Assembly: GCF_001194135.2 (NCBI RefSeq)
Contig: NC_068984.1
Span: 23,149,728-23,213,727 of the forward strand
Direction: 5' to 3'
From: Octopus bimaculoides
Lineage: Eukaryota
DNA: 64,000 nt
In this document: positions 12,866 through 25,176 of the stretch, in pieces
Layout: each line of letters begins with the position of its first letter
Numbering within the stretch: the first letter of the stretch is position 1
Notes under the pieces: model-generated
Told to the model about the DNA's origin: nothing
The model's input: only the letters and a program-made list of their open reading frames with translations
The model's database searches: none
Program-made: the position numbers and the translations under genes

Positions 12866-13575
12866 TTCCATCAGTAGCTGGAAAGTTAACTCCTTAACAG
12901 GTCAATGCCTTGTTCTGTGGGGGAGTGTTGTGATTTCAGTTACTTATACACCTCCAACCTTATCAGTCCTAGACATGACAGATCTAAGGAGGGAAGGTGA
13001 TGTAGTGACAAGAACCAGACAATACTCTAATATAATTCTATCCTCTTTGTTCTTAACAAAAATTGCAAACAAATTTTGCCTTTCTAACCCACTGGGCTGG
13101 TAAGATAAATACCAGTCATATACTGGGGTTATTATTATACTTTGCTTTCACAAGCAGGTGGCCTTATACTATAACCCTGAAAAGATGAAAGATAAAGATA
13201 ACCGCAGTGGGATTTGAGCTCAACATGTAAAGAGCTGGAAGAAATGCCATTAAGCATTTCACCCAATGTGCTAATGACTCAGCAGTTTGTCTTACTCAAA
13301 TGGCATAATACATCTTACAAAGGATGCTGGCATTTGTGTTTAAAGTTGTGGTCAATTAATTACTTATCCAAAGCATGGTGCCAGCAGAAGTATTCTTCCT
13401 TTCACCAGTTAAGCAAGTGAACATTGATATAAGAATGTTGATTGTAGATCATTGTTAAAACTGCAATACAAATGTTCTGACTCATAGCTCACTGGTGCTA
13501 GATATTGGCAAAATTGACAACATTTAAAAGTGATTTATTGATGATAAAATTCAATAATTAAAGCTGGAATTTTAC

Positions 13576-13641
13576 CTTTAACAACCTTCTTCCACTCCAA
13601 TATTGACCAGTGGCAATTCCTTCTATCACCTCTTTATCAAG
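13576..13641 (-). CDS. SLC34A: SLC34 coding exon 6 (LDKEVIEGIATGQYWSGRRLLK); absent from the ORF track
   Basis: Acceptor ttcttgtag|CTT, donor AAG|GTAAAA, 66 nt, phase 0-0; matches LD..VI..IA.G. Confidence 0.92.
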
Positions 13642-14314
13642 CTACAAGAAAATTAGAAGTAATTTTAAAAGCCAACACAAAATAAACCAGCTTTCAGTAG
13701 TCAAGAAACATAAAAAAATTAGGGGAAGTAAAATTGTGATGTTCGAGCCCTTTCTCTATAATAAGAGCAGCATAGTTTCTTAAGAAAAGGGACTGCCGCT
13801 GGGAACTGGAAGTGAATTACTGATTGTAGAATGAAGGCCAGTATGGTCATCGTCTATATAATATTGCTGTTACTAATACAAATAATAATGATGATGATAA
13901 ACACCACTTATATAAAAGTTGCCATGCTTCTCATGTTCAATATGTTTGGTGAAATTCAGCAGCAGATAATGCTTTTCCATGTTACCAACATAAAGAAATA
14001 ATGTAAAGACTGTGTGTATGTGTATAAGAGCAATTACAATGTATAGTTTTATTTAACACATGACTATAGAATAATATTTAATTTTAGAGAGAGAGCAGTA
14101 TGCACAAAATATTACACACAGAATTCAATACAAAGAAAAAAAATGTATGTTGAATTATAACCAGTAAACAGTTTCTTAGCAATAGAAGTGAGAAATGTAA
14201 CTATAACATATGATATTCAATAAGGATGACAATTGTATACATAAATAATTCAAGTAAAGATACAGTTTATATTAAATGAAAGTAAATATTTTATATTAAA
14301 TGAAGGTAACTTAC

Positions 14315-14433
14315 CTGAACAATTAAGTTTGTAACAGGTCTAGTTATTACTTTCAGCATGTCAAACTTACGAGTTTTATACTTCGGAAGAGATAGGTTAG
14401 ACACCATCAACCCACTCAGCTTGTAGAGGTAGC
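14315..14433 (-). CDS. SLC34A: SLC34 coding exon 5 (GYLYKLSGLMVSNLSLPKYKTRKFDMLKVITRPVTNLIVQ); absent from the ORF track
   Basis: Acceptor ttttacag|GC, donor CAG|GTAAGT, 119 nt; matches the GYL...LLKVIT.P.T.LI.Q segment. Confidence 0.93.
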
Positions 14434-15958
14434 CTGTAAAATAAAAAATTATAAGATTTCAAAATACCCAATTGATTCTTATCATAATTTATACTATTGT
14501 CTTTATGCTCAATTAGTTAAAGCAGCAAAGACAATATTTTTACAGATGCAATCAAAAATGAAGACAAGCTCCTCTGCTGCAACAGCTATTGGACATAAAC
14601 TTCCATGCTTCCTGAAATTCACCAACAATACCTGTTCCTCCCACCTTTTTTTAATGATTCATTCACTGTTCACTTCCTGTGCATTATTCTATGTACTCTT
14701 CATGCACTTTTGGCTACTCTTTCTGATGAGTTGTAGTACATCTGAGCACTGTATACAGTAAATTTACTATTATTATCATTATTAAACCTCTATGTATGTG
14801 TACCTGCTTATGACAAAAATAAGCATCATCTCACTGAATAACACAGCATGTTAATGGATGTTGGGCTTTGACAATTCTCAGATGAATGATGTTTATTAAG
14901 TTTAATATGACATCTGTCATGTTAAGATTTATTCACACAATTTGGATGACAAAATCTTAATTATTTTACTCTAATTTTATTCCCTGATTATGGTACAAAT
15001 TTTTATCATTAGAAGAACACATGTGGGTTAACTTTTTACATATTTTGATGAAAGTGACATCCATAAATGCTATATTTTGTGAACATTCCTGATAGGACAG
15101 CTAGTCTCAATTTACAGACAACCTCATCAAGCTAATGTCAGTGAAGAGATAGTCTACATGGATAAACCAATTCTTGCTGTAGCAACATCAACAATAACAA
15201 CTAATATTCTCTGAAAATATGCGTTAAACATATCAATTTGAAGTTTCATGCCTTAAATTCCTGTTTATACTATTTTATTTCAAAAGCCAACAGTCTATAT
15301 AACTACTTAAAAATAATTTTTGACATAATACTAAGATTCAATATTAATTGTACCGATTCCATATTATTCCACTGGTCATCAGATGACAAAAAACTGAGCT
15401 ACAGGACATATTGTTTACCAAATGTAAATATGACATCACCATCGATCAAATGGAAAGTAAACATTCATACACATGCTTGTAAACACAGACACACACAATG
15501 GGTTTCCATATAACTTTTGTCCACCAATTTCACTTACAGGACATTGTTAGGGAGAGGCTTATACCAGAAGATACTCATCCAAGGTACCACACACAAGTTA
15601 CCAAACCCAAAATCCAACGATATTCTTTAAACATAGAATAAACGAATTTAAGACCCAAATTAAAATACAATAAACGATATGAAATAAGCTAGATCAGCAG
15701 GTTTTAATTTGTCCTTAAGGTAAAGTGCCAACAATGTCTTTCACAAAGATGTCAGTTTATTAATATGGAGGAAAAAACAAAATTTCCTCAATATAAAATC
15801 TACCTCACACACAGAAACAACCATTTCGAAACAAATAGTATGATTAGTCAACCTTCTGTTGGAAATGCCATTTTTATAACTACGGTTTAATGCCTACAAA
15901 ATAGCAACAAAACCAAAGGAAGAGAAATTTGAAACAAAGCTGCTTAAAGAATGAATTT

Positions 15959-16010
<52 letters not shown>

Positions 16011-16619
16011 TGTTCTCTATTAAAATTTCACTAAAAGTTATTTCTAACCAATTAGTAATTATAGGAACAGATAAAAAGCGTAAATATTTGTTTATCTTCT
16101 AAATCTGAAACACTGCATCTCTGAAAAAACATTTCAGCCGAAGTAACAAAACTTTACAGAGTTATTTCCCTTAGTCCATATATTTACAAATTAAAGAAAA
16201 TGCCAACAAAACCGATTGTGTTTTTAGACGGCTGTAAACTTAACATTGACAAATGAGTCAATGTAACATATTCGGTGAAATCAAGGTTATATTTGAAAAG
16301 ACATTTGCTCTTGGTATCAAAACAAATGTAACTGATCAAGGAACCATATTGACTGTGGAGCAAACTTCTTTATCCCAGCCAATTTCATGTAATATCTAAT
16401 TTGTATTTTATATTACACGAAATTATTTTCCTGTTTATTTGCTTGAGGTGTTGTTGAATGAATCGACCCCAGTACTAATTTTTCAAATTTGGTACTTGTT
16501 TCTATCAGTCTCATTTGCCAAACTACTGTTGCAGGGATATAAACAAACCAACACCGGTTGTAAAGTGGTGATGGGGGACAAACACACACAAATACATTTA
16601 TGCACATATATGTACATAC

Positions 16620-17220
16620 GATAGGCTTCTTTCAGTTTCTATCCGCCAAATTCACTCGCAAGTCTTTGGGTCGGCCCGGTGCTGTAGTAGAAGACACTTG
16701 GCCAAAGTGACATGCAGTGGGACTACACCCAGAACTATGTGGTTGGGAAGCAAGTTTTGATGAAATTTTCCTTGAATACCAAGTCTTTTCTACTCCAGGC
16801 AGAAGGCCCGAAATTTTGGGGAAGGGGGCCAGTCGATTAGATCGAGCCCAGTACACAACTGGTACTTAATTTATCAACTCTGAAAGGATGAAAGGCAAAG
16901 TCGACCTCGGCAGAATTTGAACTCAGAACGTAAAGGCAGACGAAATACCACTAACCATTTCGCCTGGTGTACTTATGTTTCTTATTTCTTTATTGCCTAC
17001 AAGGGGCCAAACATAGAGGGGAGGGGACAAACAAGGACAGACAAAGGGATTAAGTTGATTACATCGATCCCAGTGAGTAACTGGTACTTAATTTATCAAC
17101 CCTGAAAGGATGAAAGGCAAAGTCGACCTTGGAGGAATTTGAACTCAGAATGTAACGGCAGATGAAATACCGCTAAGCATTTTGCCCAGTGTGCTAACAT
17201 TTCTGCCAGCTCGCCACCTT
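16620..17220 (-). mobile_element. Cluster of one SINE B and two SINE A copies
   Basis: ggcttctttcagtttc...gggactacaccc (B) followed by two aaggatgaaaggcaaagtcgac cores (A). Confidence 0.85.
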
Positions 17221-17323
17221 AAATACCAAGTCTTGAAGCAATACCAACCCTAAAATAGCCTTTATGAGCAGCCAGATTTCCAAGAACCAAACACTAATGT
17301 AATTCAAATATATTATCATAGAG

Positions 17324-17515
17324 CAGGGGTCTCCAAAGTGGTTGATATCGACCCCAGGGGGAAGAGATCGATGGGCCTATTCAAGGGGTCAATAAATGCA
17401 CATTTACTTTATTACTATTATTTATTTATTTTCTTGTACATTCCTGGGGGTCGGTGAGGGGTCAAGGATTCCGTGAAGGGGTCAATGGTCAATGGCCAAA
17501 GTTTGGGATCCCCTG
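17324..17515. mobile_element. hAT-type MITE (192 bp)
   Basis: TIRs caggggtctccaaa / tttgggatcccctg; perfect 8-bp TSD TCATAGAG at 17316-17323 and 17516-17523. Confidence 0.9.
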
Positions 17516-17570
17516 TCATAGAGTGACAACATATGTAAGTATATTATTATACTGGGTGGGAAAATGTGAA

Positions 17571-17901
17571 GGCACATGGCTCAGTGGTTAGAGCGTCAGT
17601 CTTACGATTGTGAGATTGTGAGTTTGAATCCCGGACCGGGCTGCATGTTGTGTTCTTGAGCAAGACACTTTATTTCACGTTGCTCCAGTTCACTCAGCTG
17701 TAGAAATGAGTTGCGACATCACTGATGCCAAGCTGTATCGGCCTTTGCCTTTCCCTTGGATAACATTGGTGGCGTGGAGAGGGGAGGCTGGTATGCATGG
17801 GCGACTGCTGGTCTTCCATAAACAAATTTGCCCAGACTTGTACATGGGAGGGTAACTTTCTAGGTGCAATCCCATGGTCAGTCATGATCGAAGGGGGTCT
17901 C
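17571..17901 (+). mobile_element. tRNA-derived SINE family D, apparently full length
   Basis: Pol III A-box TGGCTCAGTGG and B-box GTTTGAATCC, followed by a gtgttcttgagcaagacactttatttcacgttgctccagttcactcagctg core. Confidence 0.85.
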
Positions 17902-17994
17902 AGCAGGGTGGGGAAAAAAGTCACACACGAAATAAGCTCAAAAGACACCAGAATTTTCAAAGACATGCTTCAATTTTTTTTTAATTGAATAAAA

Positions 17995-18295
17995 TCATCA
18001 TCATCGTTTAACGTCCGCTTTCCATGCTAGCATGGGTTGGACGATTTGACTGAGGACTGGTGGCTACATCAGGCTCCAATCTGATTTGGCAGAGTTTCTA
18101 CAGGTGGACGCCCTTCCTAATGTCAACCACTCTGAGAGTGTAGTGGGTGTTTTTACATGCCACCGGCACAAAGGCCAGTCAGGCGGTACTGGCAACGGCC
18201 ATGCTTGAAATGGTGTATTTTACGTGCCACCTGCACGTGAACCAGTCCAGCGGCACTGGCAACGATTTCGCTCAAATGTCTTTTCATGTGCCAAC
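17995..18295 (-). mobile_element. SINE family C copy
   Basis: catcatcatcgtttaacgtccgctttccatgctagcatggg... plus repeated modules. Confidence 0.88.
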
Positions 18296-18339
18296 AATAA
18301 ATAGACATGTTTATACATGATGATAAAAAAGAATAATAA

Positions 18340-18560
18340 TAATCCTTTTTACTGTAGGCACAAGGCCTGAAATTTTGGGGAAGGGGAATAATTGATTACA
18401 TCGACTCCAGTGTTTCACAGGTACTTAATTTATCGACCCTGGAAAGATGAAAGGCAAAATCAACCTCAACAGAATTTGAACTCAGAACGTAGCAACAGTT
18501 GAAGTACCACAAAGCATTTCATCCAGTGTGCTAATGAGTCTGCCAGCTCACTGCCTTAAA
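18340..18560 (-). mobile_element. SINE family A copy with (AAT)n tail
   Basis: ctttttactgtaggcacaaggcctgaaatttt...ctgccagctcactgcc. Confidence 0.85.
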
Positions 18561-20298
18561 TAATGTCCTAATAACCCAGGCATTTATGCAGTTAAATACA
18601 AAAACAAATAAATGAAGTCATAAAAACAACACTATTGAAACTAAGACAACAAAGCCTTGACGTAAAACTAAAACAATTAAATAACTAACCAGTTATATTC
18701 ATGACTTCTATTATTTAAACGTCAAAAGAACTAGATTACAAAGTGTTATTTTCTATTAGCCAATCTAAAATATAATTTTCTTTTGTAACAAATGTTCAAA
18801 TGTTTTAGTACCAGACTGAAGTAGAGGTGGAGATGAGATAAATCTGCAATATGCTGTAGTGTCCTTAAATTTTTGTTTTAATATGTGTCTTTCTTTTTGT
18901 TTACAGAAATATTTCACCATTTTGTTTTATTAACAACACATTTTTACAGGAAGAGAAAGAAAAACAACATTAAAAGGATAAAAGACAAAATTATTGAGAA
19001 TAAAAAACCCGTAACTACCTCACCAAGAAAACAAAGAAAAAGAGAAAAAAAAGAAGGGGGAAATTAAATATGGTTCTACACCTGAGAACAAATGGTGTGT
19101 TTATTTGTACCATGTGGGCACGATTTGTAGAGAAGAATCGCCAGCAACACTTGCTAAAATTATCTCCAAACTTTTAAACTTCCTAACAAACTACAAGTAC
19201 ACCTGAACGATAACTATATTGATTACTAATAAATTGAGTACTGGGGTCTGAGGTTGTCATTGTTTGAACTAGATGTAGGTCTGGTTATTTGAAATAAATA
19301 TCTTTTTTTATGGATAGTGTATCATCATCATTTAACGTCTGTTTTCCATGCTGGCATGGGTTGGACGGTTTGACTGAGGACTGGCAAGCCAGGAGGCTGC
19401 ACCAGGCTCAAATCTGATCTGGTAAGGTTTCTACAATTTCTTTCAGTTTCTGTCTACCAAATCCATCCACAAGGCTTTAAGTGGGCCTGAGGATAGAAAA
19501 CACCTAAAATGCCACACAGTGGGACTATACTTGGAACCATGTGGGTAGAAAGTGAACTTTTTACCACACAGCCCCCGCCCCGTATCTATAAGTGGAATTA
19601 CATGTAGAGGTGTGCTGCTTGAAGTAACAGCTGAAACAGATATTGAAGCTCAGAGATATGATACAAAATCAATAAACCTGGACAGATGTTGTACTGCAGA
19701 CCTATCAAAAATATGACAGCATGATAAAAAGAAAGCAAATGATAGAGTTGTTGTTGTTGATGATGATGATGACGACGACAGTGATGCCAACAGCAATAAG
19801 GAAACAACTAAAAAAATAGATTTAATCCTGTCAATTCCAGAATCACTATTTAAAACTGATGCCAGATATAATAATATGTACCATAAATGTTTTAAAGTAA
19901 ACAACATTTATTTGAACAACAGAGACAAAATAAATAAAACTATGATTAACTAGAAATCTATGAATTTTAATATGACCTTGCTTCTGCTAGTCCTACAGAT
20001 GCATCCATTGAAAAATTGATTAATCCAAATTAACTTTGAGTAGAAGAAATGAGCAATAATAGCATAATCAGTGACATAAAACAATAATAAATTGGAATTT
20101 AAACCTATGTTGTGCACTTGGCTCACCATAAATTTTCCTTCTGTTCACCAGCTTCATATGCTGTGGGCAAACTGATAAATTTTACTTGGATGTATTACTA
20201 GATAAATTTATTTGCTTTAACATATAAAATAGGAAGATCACTTACAAGGTTTATTGAACAGCAGATTGATTGAAAGTTACAGAGAAAGGAGTAATTAC

Positions 20299-20490
20299 CA
20301 GTGCAGACCTCCACAGTAAGTAACAAGCAAACACTCAACCAATTGAACATATCATGGACGGTGGCAGCACCAAATGCTCTCCGGAATTCATCCCTATTTC
20401 CATACTGGGCCAGGGAAACAATTGTGTTGGTTACAGATGTCCCAATATTGGCACCCATTATAATTGAAATTGCAGGCTCGACATTGATCA
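20299..20490 (-). CDS. SLC34A: SLC34 coding exon 4 ([22 protein letters not shown]...[18 protein letters not shown]...EVCT)
   Basis: Acceptor tttactag|TG, donor G|GTAATT, 192 nt; GANIGTS and ATVHD motifs. Confidence 0.96.
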
Positions 20491-21393
20491 CTAGTAAAGA
20501 CAAAATAAAGAAAAAAAATCATCAAATGTAATTTTAAAAACAATTTGAATCTCATAAATCTAAATTCATTCTTCTGAAAGAAATATAGGATATTTATGAA
20601 CGCATTAAAAATTATACATTTTTTAACTATAAATTGATTGAAGATCTCTTAATAATAGTTCCAGTCTTTACTAGTTGCAGTCATGTAAATAGAGATATAG
20701 AACATTATAGTTCCAAAATATGTAATACTGATGATAGCTGATTTTCAAAATCCAGTGATGTTGTCCACACTTTGTATATCTCAAAACCTTAGATGAGTGA
20801 AAAGAGCAGAGTCTCCATCTAAATGCTAAGTTGTACCACTTCCACTTAATAGTAATAGGTGTGTTTACAGAGAGGCCATCAAGCTGCAGAGCTTGCTCTA
20901 ACAATATGCCCAGGTTCAAATTTGAAAATACTCACGTAACACATGCAAGCATAGAAAATTAATAAACAGTAATTAAAATATGTCTTCCTGAATATTTCTT
21001 AGTAAACATTACTGTTTTCATTTTTATGTGTTATAAATTCTACCTAGGAATAACCATCTGCCTAAATTCTATATGTCTTTATGAATAAAATAAAGAAAAT
21101 CATGTCACAAGACATTAAATGTTAATTACTATAGTTAATTGCTTGTTCATTTGGTTTTATGTCCCTTTTTTTTTTCCATGCTAGCATAGGTTAGATGAAC
21201 ATATTGAGGTATTGTTTTACAGTCAGATGTCCTTCTTGGTCTCCTAGCTGATACCTGTTTTTCAAGTAAGGGATAGTTTATTCTGCGGGTTATCAATGAC
21301 ACAGAGCCAGCAGACAACCCATTGACAGGGAAACACACACACACACATGCACATGACAAGCTCCTTTCAATTTTCGTCAACCAAATCCACTTA

Positions 21394-21579
21394 TGCTACG
21401 CGTTGTGTTCTTGAGCAAAACACTTCATTTCACGTTGCTCCAGTCCACTCAGCTGGCAAAAATGAGTAACGCTGCGATGGACTGGCGTCCCGTCCAGCTG
21501 AAGAACGCATACGCCATAGAAACCAGGAAACCGGGCCCATGAGCATAGCTAGGCTTTAAAAGGGCGCATTTATTTTATT
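21394..21579 (+). mobile_element. 5'-truncated D-like SINE inserted inside a SINE B copy (host about 21360-21700, minus strand)
   Basis: Flanked by an 11-bp direct repeat AAATCCACTTA (21383-21393 and 21580-21590); the host SINE resumes on the other side. Confidence 0.85.
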
Positions 21580-22068
21580 AAATCCACTTACAAGGCTTTG
21601 GTTGGCTTGAAGCTACAGTACAAGATGCCCAAGACGTACTGCAGTGGGACTGAACCTGAAATCACATGGTTTCAAAATGAACTTCTTAACTACACTGTTG
21701 AGAGAAAATATGAAGTTAAATACAAAATGCTCTTTCTCTCTTTTACATGTTTCAGCCCTGAGGCTGTGGCCATGCTGGGGCACTGCCAGTACAATACAAT
21801 AATTCTATTTACTTTCAGCAATTAATTTTTCTTCAAACTGTCTTTCAAAACAATTAGAGAAAAGGTATATTCAAGTATATAGTTAGTACTAGTTTCATTT
21901 TACTATTAATGCTTGCATAGAAAACACAGCACAAATGGGGTTTGAATTTCAACTCCAAAAAGACAAAATTAAACAGGACCCAGTTAAGATTGCCACTCTA
22001 CTTTATCAGTCACATTCCCATGGCTATGTGTGAAGGCTGTAATAAACAGAATGTAATGTAAGACGTAC

Positions 22069-22200
22069 TGTTTGCTGCTACCATTGTGACAACAATGGAC
22101 GTAGAAGTACTTGAGCTCTGCATCAACACAGTTGCAAGGATGCCAATCATAAGACCAGTCAATGGATTTTGAAGAAGCATGTGATTAGACATGAAACCAC
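22069..22200 (-). CDS. SLC34A: SLC34 coding exon 3 (GFMSNHMLLQNPLTGLMIGILATVLMQSSSTSTSIVVTMVAAN)
   Basis: Acceptor tttctag|GT, donor A|GTACGT, 132 nt; contains the first QSSS motif. Confidence 0.96.
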
Positions 22201-23064
22201 CTAGAAATACAATGAATAAAAATAATATTACAAATTCAACAAACATAACCCGTATACATGCTCAAACACACACAAACAAAAAGATATAAAGCTTTTAATT
22301 ACAGTTGATTAATAGTTGGAATGAGGCCTAATAGTAGAAGGAATCACAATGATAATAATGAAGAGGAAAAGGAGGGGGAAACATTAACCAGGAACTGAAT
22401 TTTCTGATTCATGTTATCAGACGCTGAAAAGTGAGATAATGTAAATATGTTATTTTTTACCTTCTAATTTTATACTATTATTAGATTAGACACGTGTCTA
22501 TTAAACCAGTAAGCTTTTAGGTGAACAATGGAAGTTTCTGCCTACTAAAAGTAGAAGTCAAATTTTCCTCAGGTCATACCTTAGGAAAGAATGGAGGACA
22601 TACAGACAAATAGACCAAAGCAGAAACACATTTTATCAGGTGTCTGCTTGATAAACGTTGCTTTAGGGCTAAACAACAGTCAATTAGCATGCCTTCAAAT
22701 GAATTATTTAAAGTATTTACTTTTTAATTCAGATAGCCAGGCCTAAAATGATTATGCTTAATCAAGAAAGGAGCTGAAATACACACTAATTAACTTAAGC
22801 TCATGACTAATCTGGAAATGGTTGGATGCCAATGGTTCTGTTTTAGACCAACTGAAAAGTAAGACTAATTACATAGCATACTTCTACAATACCACAGTTG
22901 TTGGACTTTAATATCCAGTTTTGGGAATATTCCAGATATTAAATGTCTTAAAAAGAAAGATGGATTATATATATTATTGTGTGTGCATACCTATAATTAT
23001 TTTGTCTAGGTATGAGGCATTTGTTGTAATGTTGAGATATATTCACCTTTGAAATATTGGTTTC

Positions 23065-23272
23065 AAATTTTGGCACAAGGCTAGCAATTTCAGGGGAGTG
23101 GGTAAGTCGATTACATTGACTCAAGTACTCAACTGACATTTATTTTACCGACCCCAATAGGATGAAAGGCAAAGTCGACCTTGGTGGAATTTGAACTTAG
23201 AGTGTAAAGACAGATGAAAAGCTATTAAGCTTTTTGCCTGTATGCTAACGATTCTGCCAGCTCAGCTGCCTT
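23065..23272 (-). mobile_element. SINE family A copy (tggtttcaaattttggcacaagg tail type)
   Basis: Family A core present. Confidence 0.85.
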
Positions 23273-24589
23273 AACTGACCTTTGACATATCAAAAGGTAA
23301 ACATTAGACTGAAAGGATGAAATATGCTAACCACAAAACATCTTTCCAGGCTATCACCACATCTCACTATATATATACTCACACACGTGCATAAATGTAG
23401 CTTGTGTTATGCAAATTAAATATGATTGCATAGTTTATTGATTGATTTAGACATCACTATTTTCCAATTAGTCCCATGGCATTTTGTCAATATACACAAT
23501 TATTGAAGTGTACTTTGCCAATATTGCATAATTACTGCCAACAATCCTAATGGAAAGAGTTGAAAATCACTTTTACTATTTGGTGTTCTGAAATTGGTCC
23601 TATTATCTTGATAGGAAAGGTTGTTAGTTATACTTAAGTTAATATTAATATATATAATACCGTGAATATTTAAAAAAGTTCACTATAACTAATTACAGGG
23701 CCAGAAAAACAAAAACCAATGTAAGCCATTGATTAATATTAATTTAATTCTTATAAGTACGGGAGATAACTCCGTACATACTTCAGTTTAATTATGAGCT
23801 AATCGGTGAAGCACAACCTTGATGTCATTATAGTTGGGTATAAAGGGGCATGTGTACTCTTCTATATTATGGAGTTTTTTTCCAATTACTGATCATTAAA
23901 ATGACTTATGGAACTGTGGTACACCTAAACCTTTGACCCTAAACAAATTTTACATATAAAATTCATCACTCTCTATCCAAGTCATTTTCCATCATTATAC
24001 AAAGAACCACAAATAGCAACAAAAGCCGAAGACTTTCTGACTTCACAAAGACAAAAGACAATAATAATGATAAAATGTCAACAAGGAAAACCATTTAAGT
24101 TAACTTGAAGTGAAAGGAACCCCACACAAAATTCTAAATTTCTTTGAAACAGTAAAAACATCAGAAGTATCTACTCCCAGTTTCTTGTCTTTTCTTTACA
24201 ATCACATAAACTAATTGGGTTCAGTTAGCCTAATTAATTTCCCCACTCTTACCTACCTCTTTGTAAAGACCCATTGGAAAACAATACTCTCTTCCCCAAA
24301 TTCACTCTCTTGAGGTGATAATGCAAGCAGCTGAGCCACTGAAGGATGACCTCAGAATGCTGAACTTTTTGGACAAGATGACAAAGGACCAAGACACCAG
24401 GCACTTTGTTATACTCAAGAAGACCCATCCTCCACAGCAGAAGTGTTAAAACGACATCCCCCGATGAAAAGGATTGGCCTACAAGAGTCCTGTGCCAGAG
24501 CCATGTAAAATCAGTCATGCCAGCACCATGCAAAAGTGCTCATGCCAGTGGCATGTTAAAAGCACACAGCAAACACCATCAGCATTCTT

Positions 24590-25176
24590 TGAGGAGAGAA
24601 GTTGATTACATTAACCCAGTACTTGACTGGTAGTTATTTTATTGGCTCTAAAAATGTGAAAGGCAAAGTCAATGGTGGAACTTGAACTAAAAGCATAAGC
24701 TAACAAAAATGCAGCTAAACACTTTGTCTGATGTGCTAATGATTCTGGCTGCTTGCCACTTTCATAGTTTCAAATTTTTAGCACAAAGTCAGCAATTTTA
24801 GGGGGCAGAGGTTAAATGATTACATTGACTCCAGTATCTGATTGGTATGTTATTTCATTGACCCCAGAGGAATAAAAGTTGACCTCAGCAGAAATTGAAC
24901 TCAGATCATGAGTCTGAAGCTATACCACTAGGCATTTTGTCCACTGCTCTAATAATTCAGCTGGTTCACCACCTTAATTATACTAATTCTTTCTAATTTT
25001 GGCACAAAAAGAGAGGGGTCAAGTTGACAACATCAACCCAGTACTTGACTGGTACTCTTATTTTTTTTATCAACCTTGGAAGGATAAAGCCAAGTTTGAC
25101 CTTCTTGGTGGAATCTGAACTCAGAACATAAAGAACCAAAAGAAATAGAGCAAGGCATTTTGTCTAGCAGTCTAAC
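24590..25176 (-). mobile_element. Three tandem decayed SINE A copies; the third is interrupted by the LTR element
   Basis: Repeated core; gcattttgtctagcagtctaac continues as ctaacaattttg after 27635. Confidence 0.8.

Noticed and set aside
15963-16008. 46-nt poly(A) as the tail of a retrocopy
   Set aside because: No poly(A) signal, TSD or recognisable upstream cDNA; treated as a homopolymer
17571-17645. tRNA genes (also at the heads of SINE A and B)
   Set aside because: A and B boxes are present, but there is no complete cloverleaf and each runs into a SINE body
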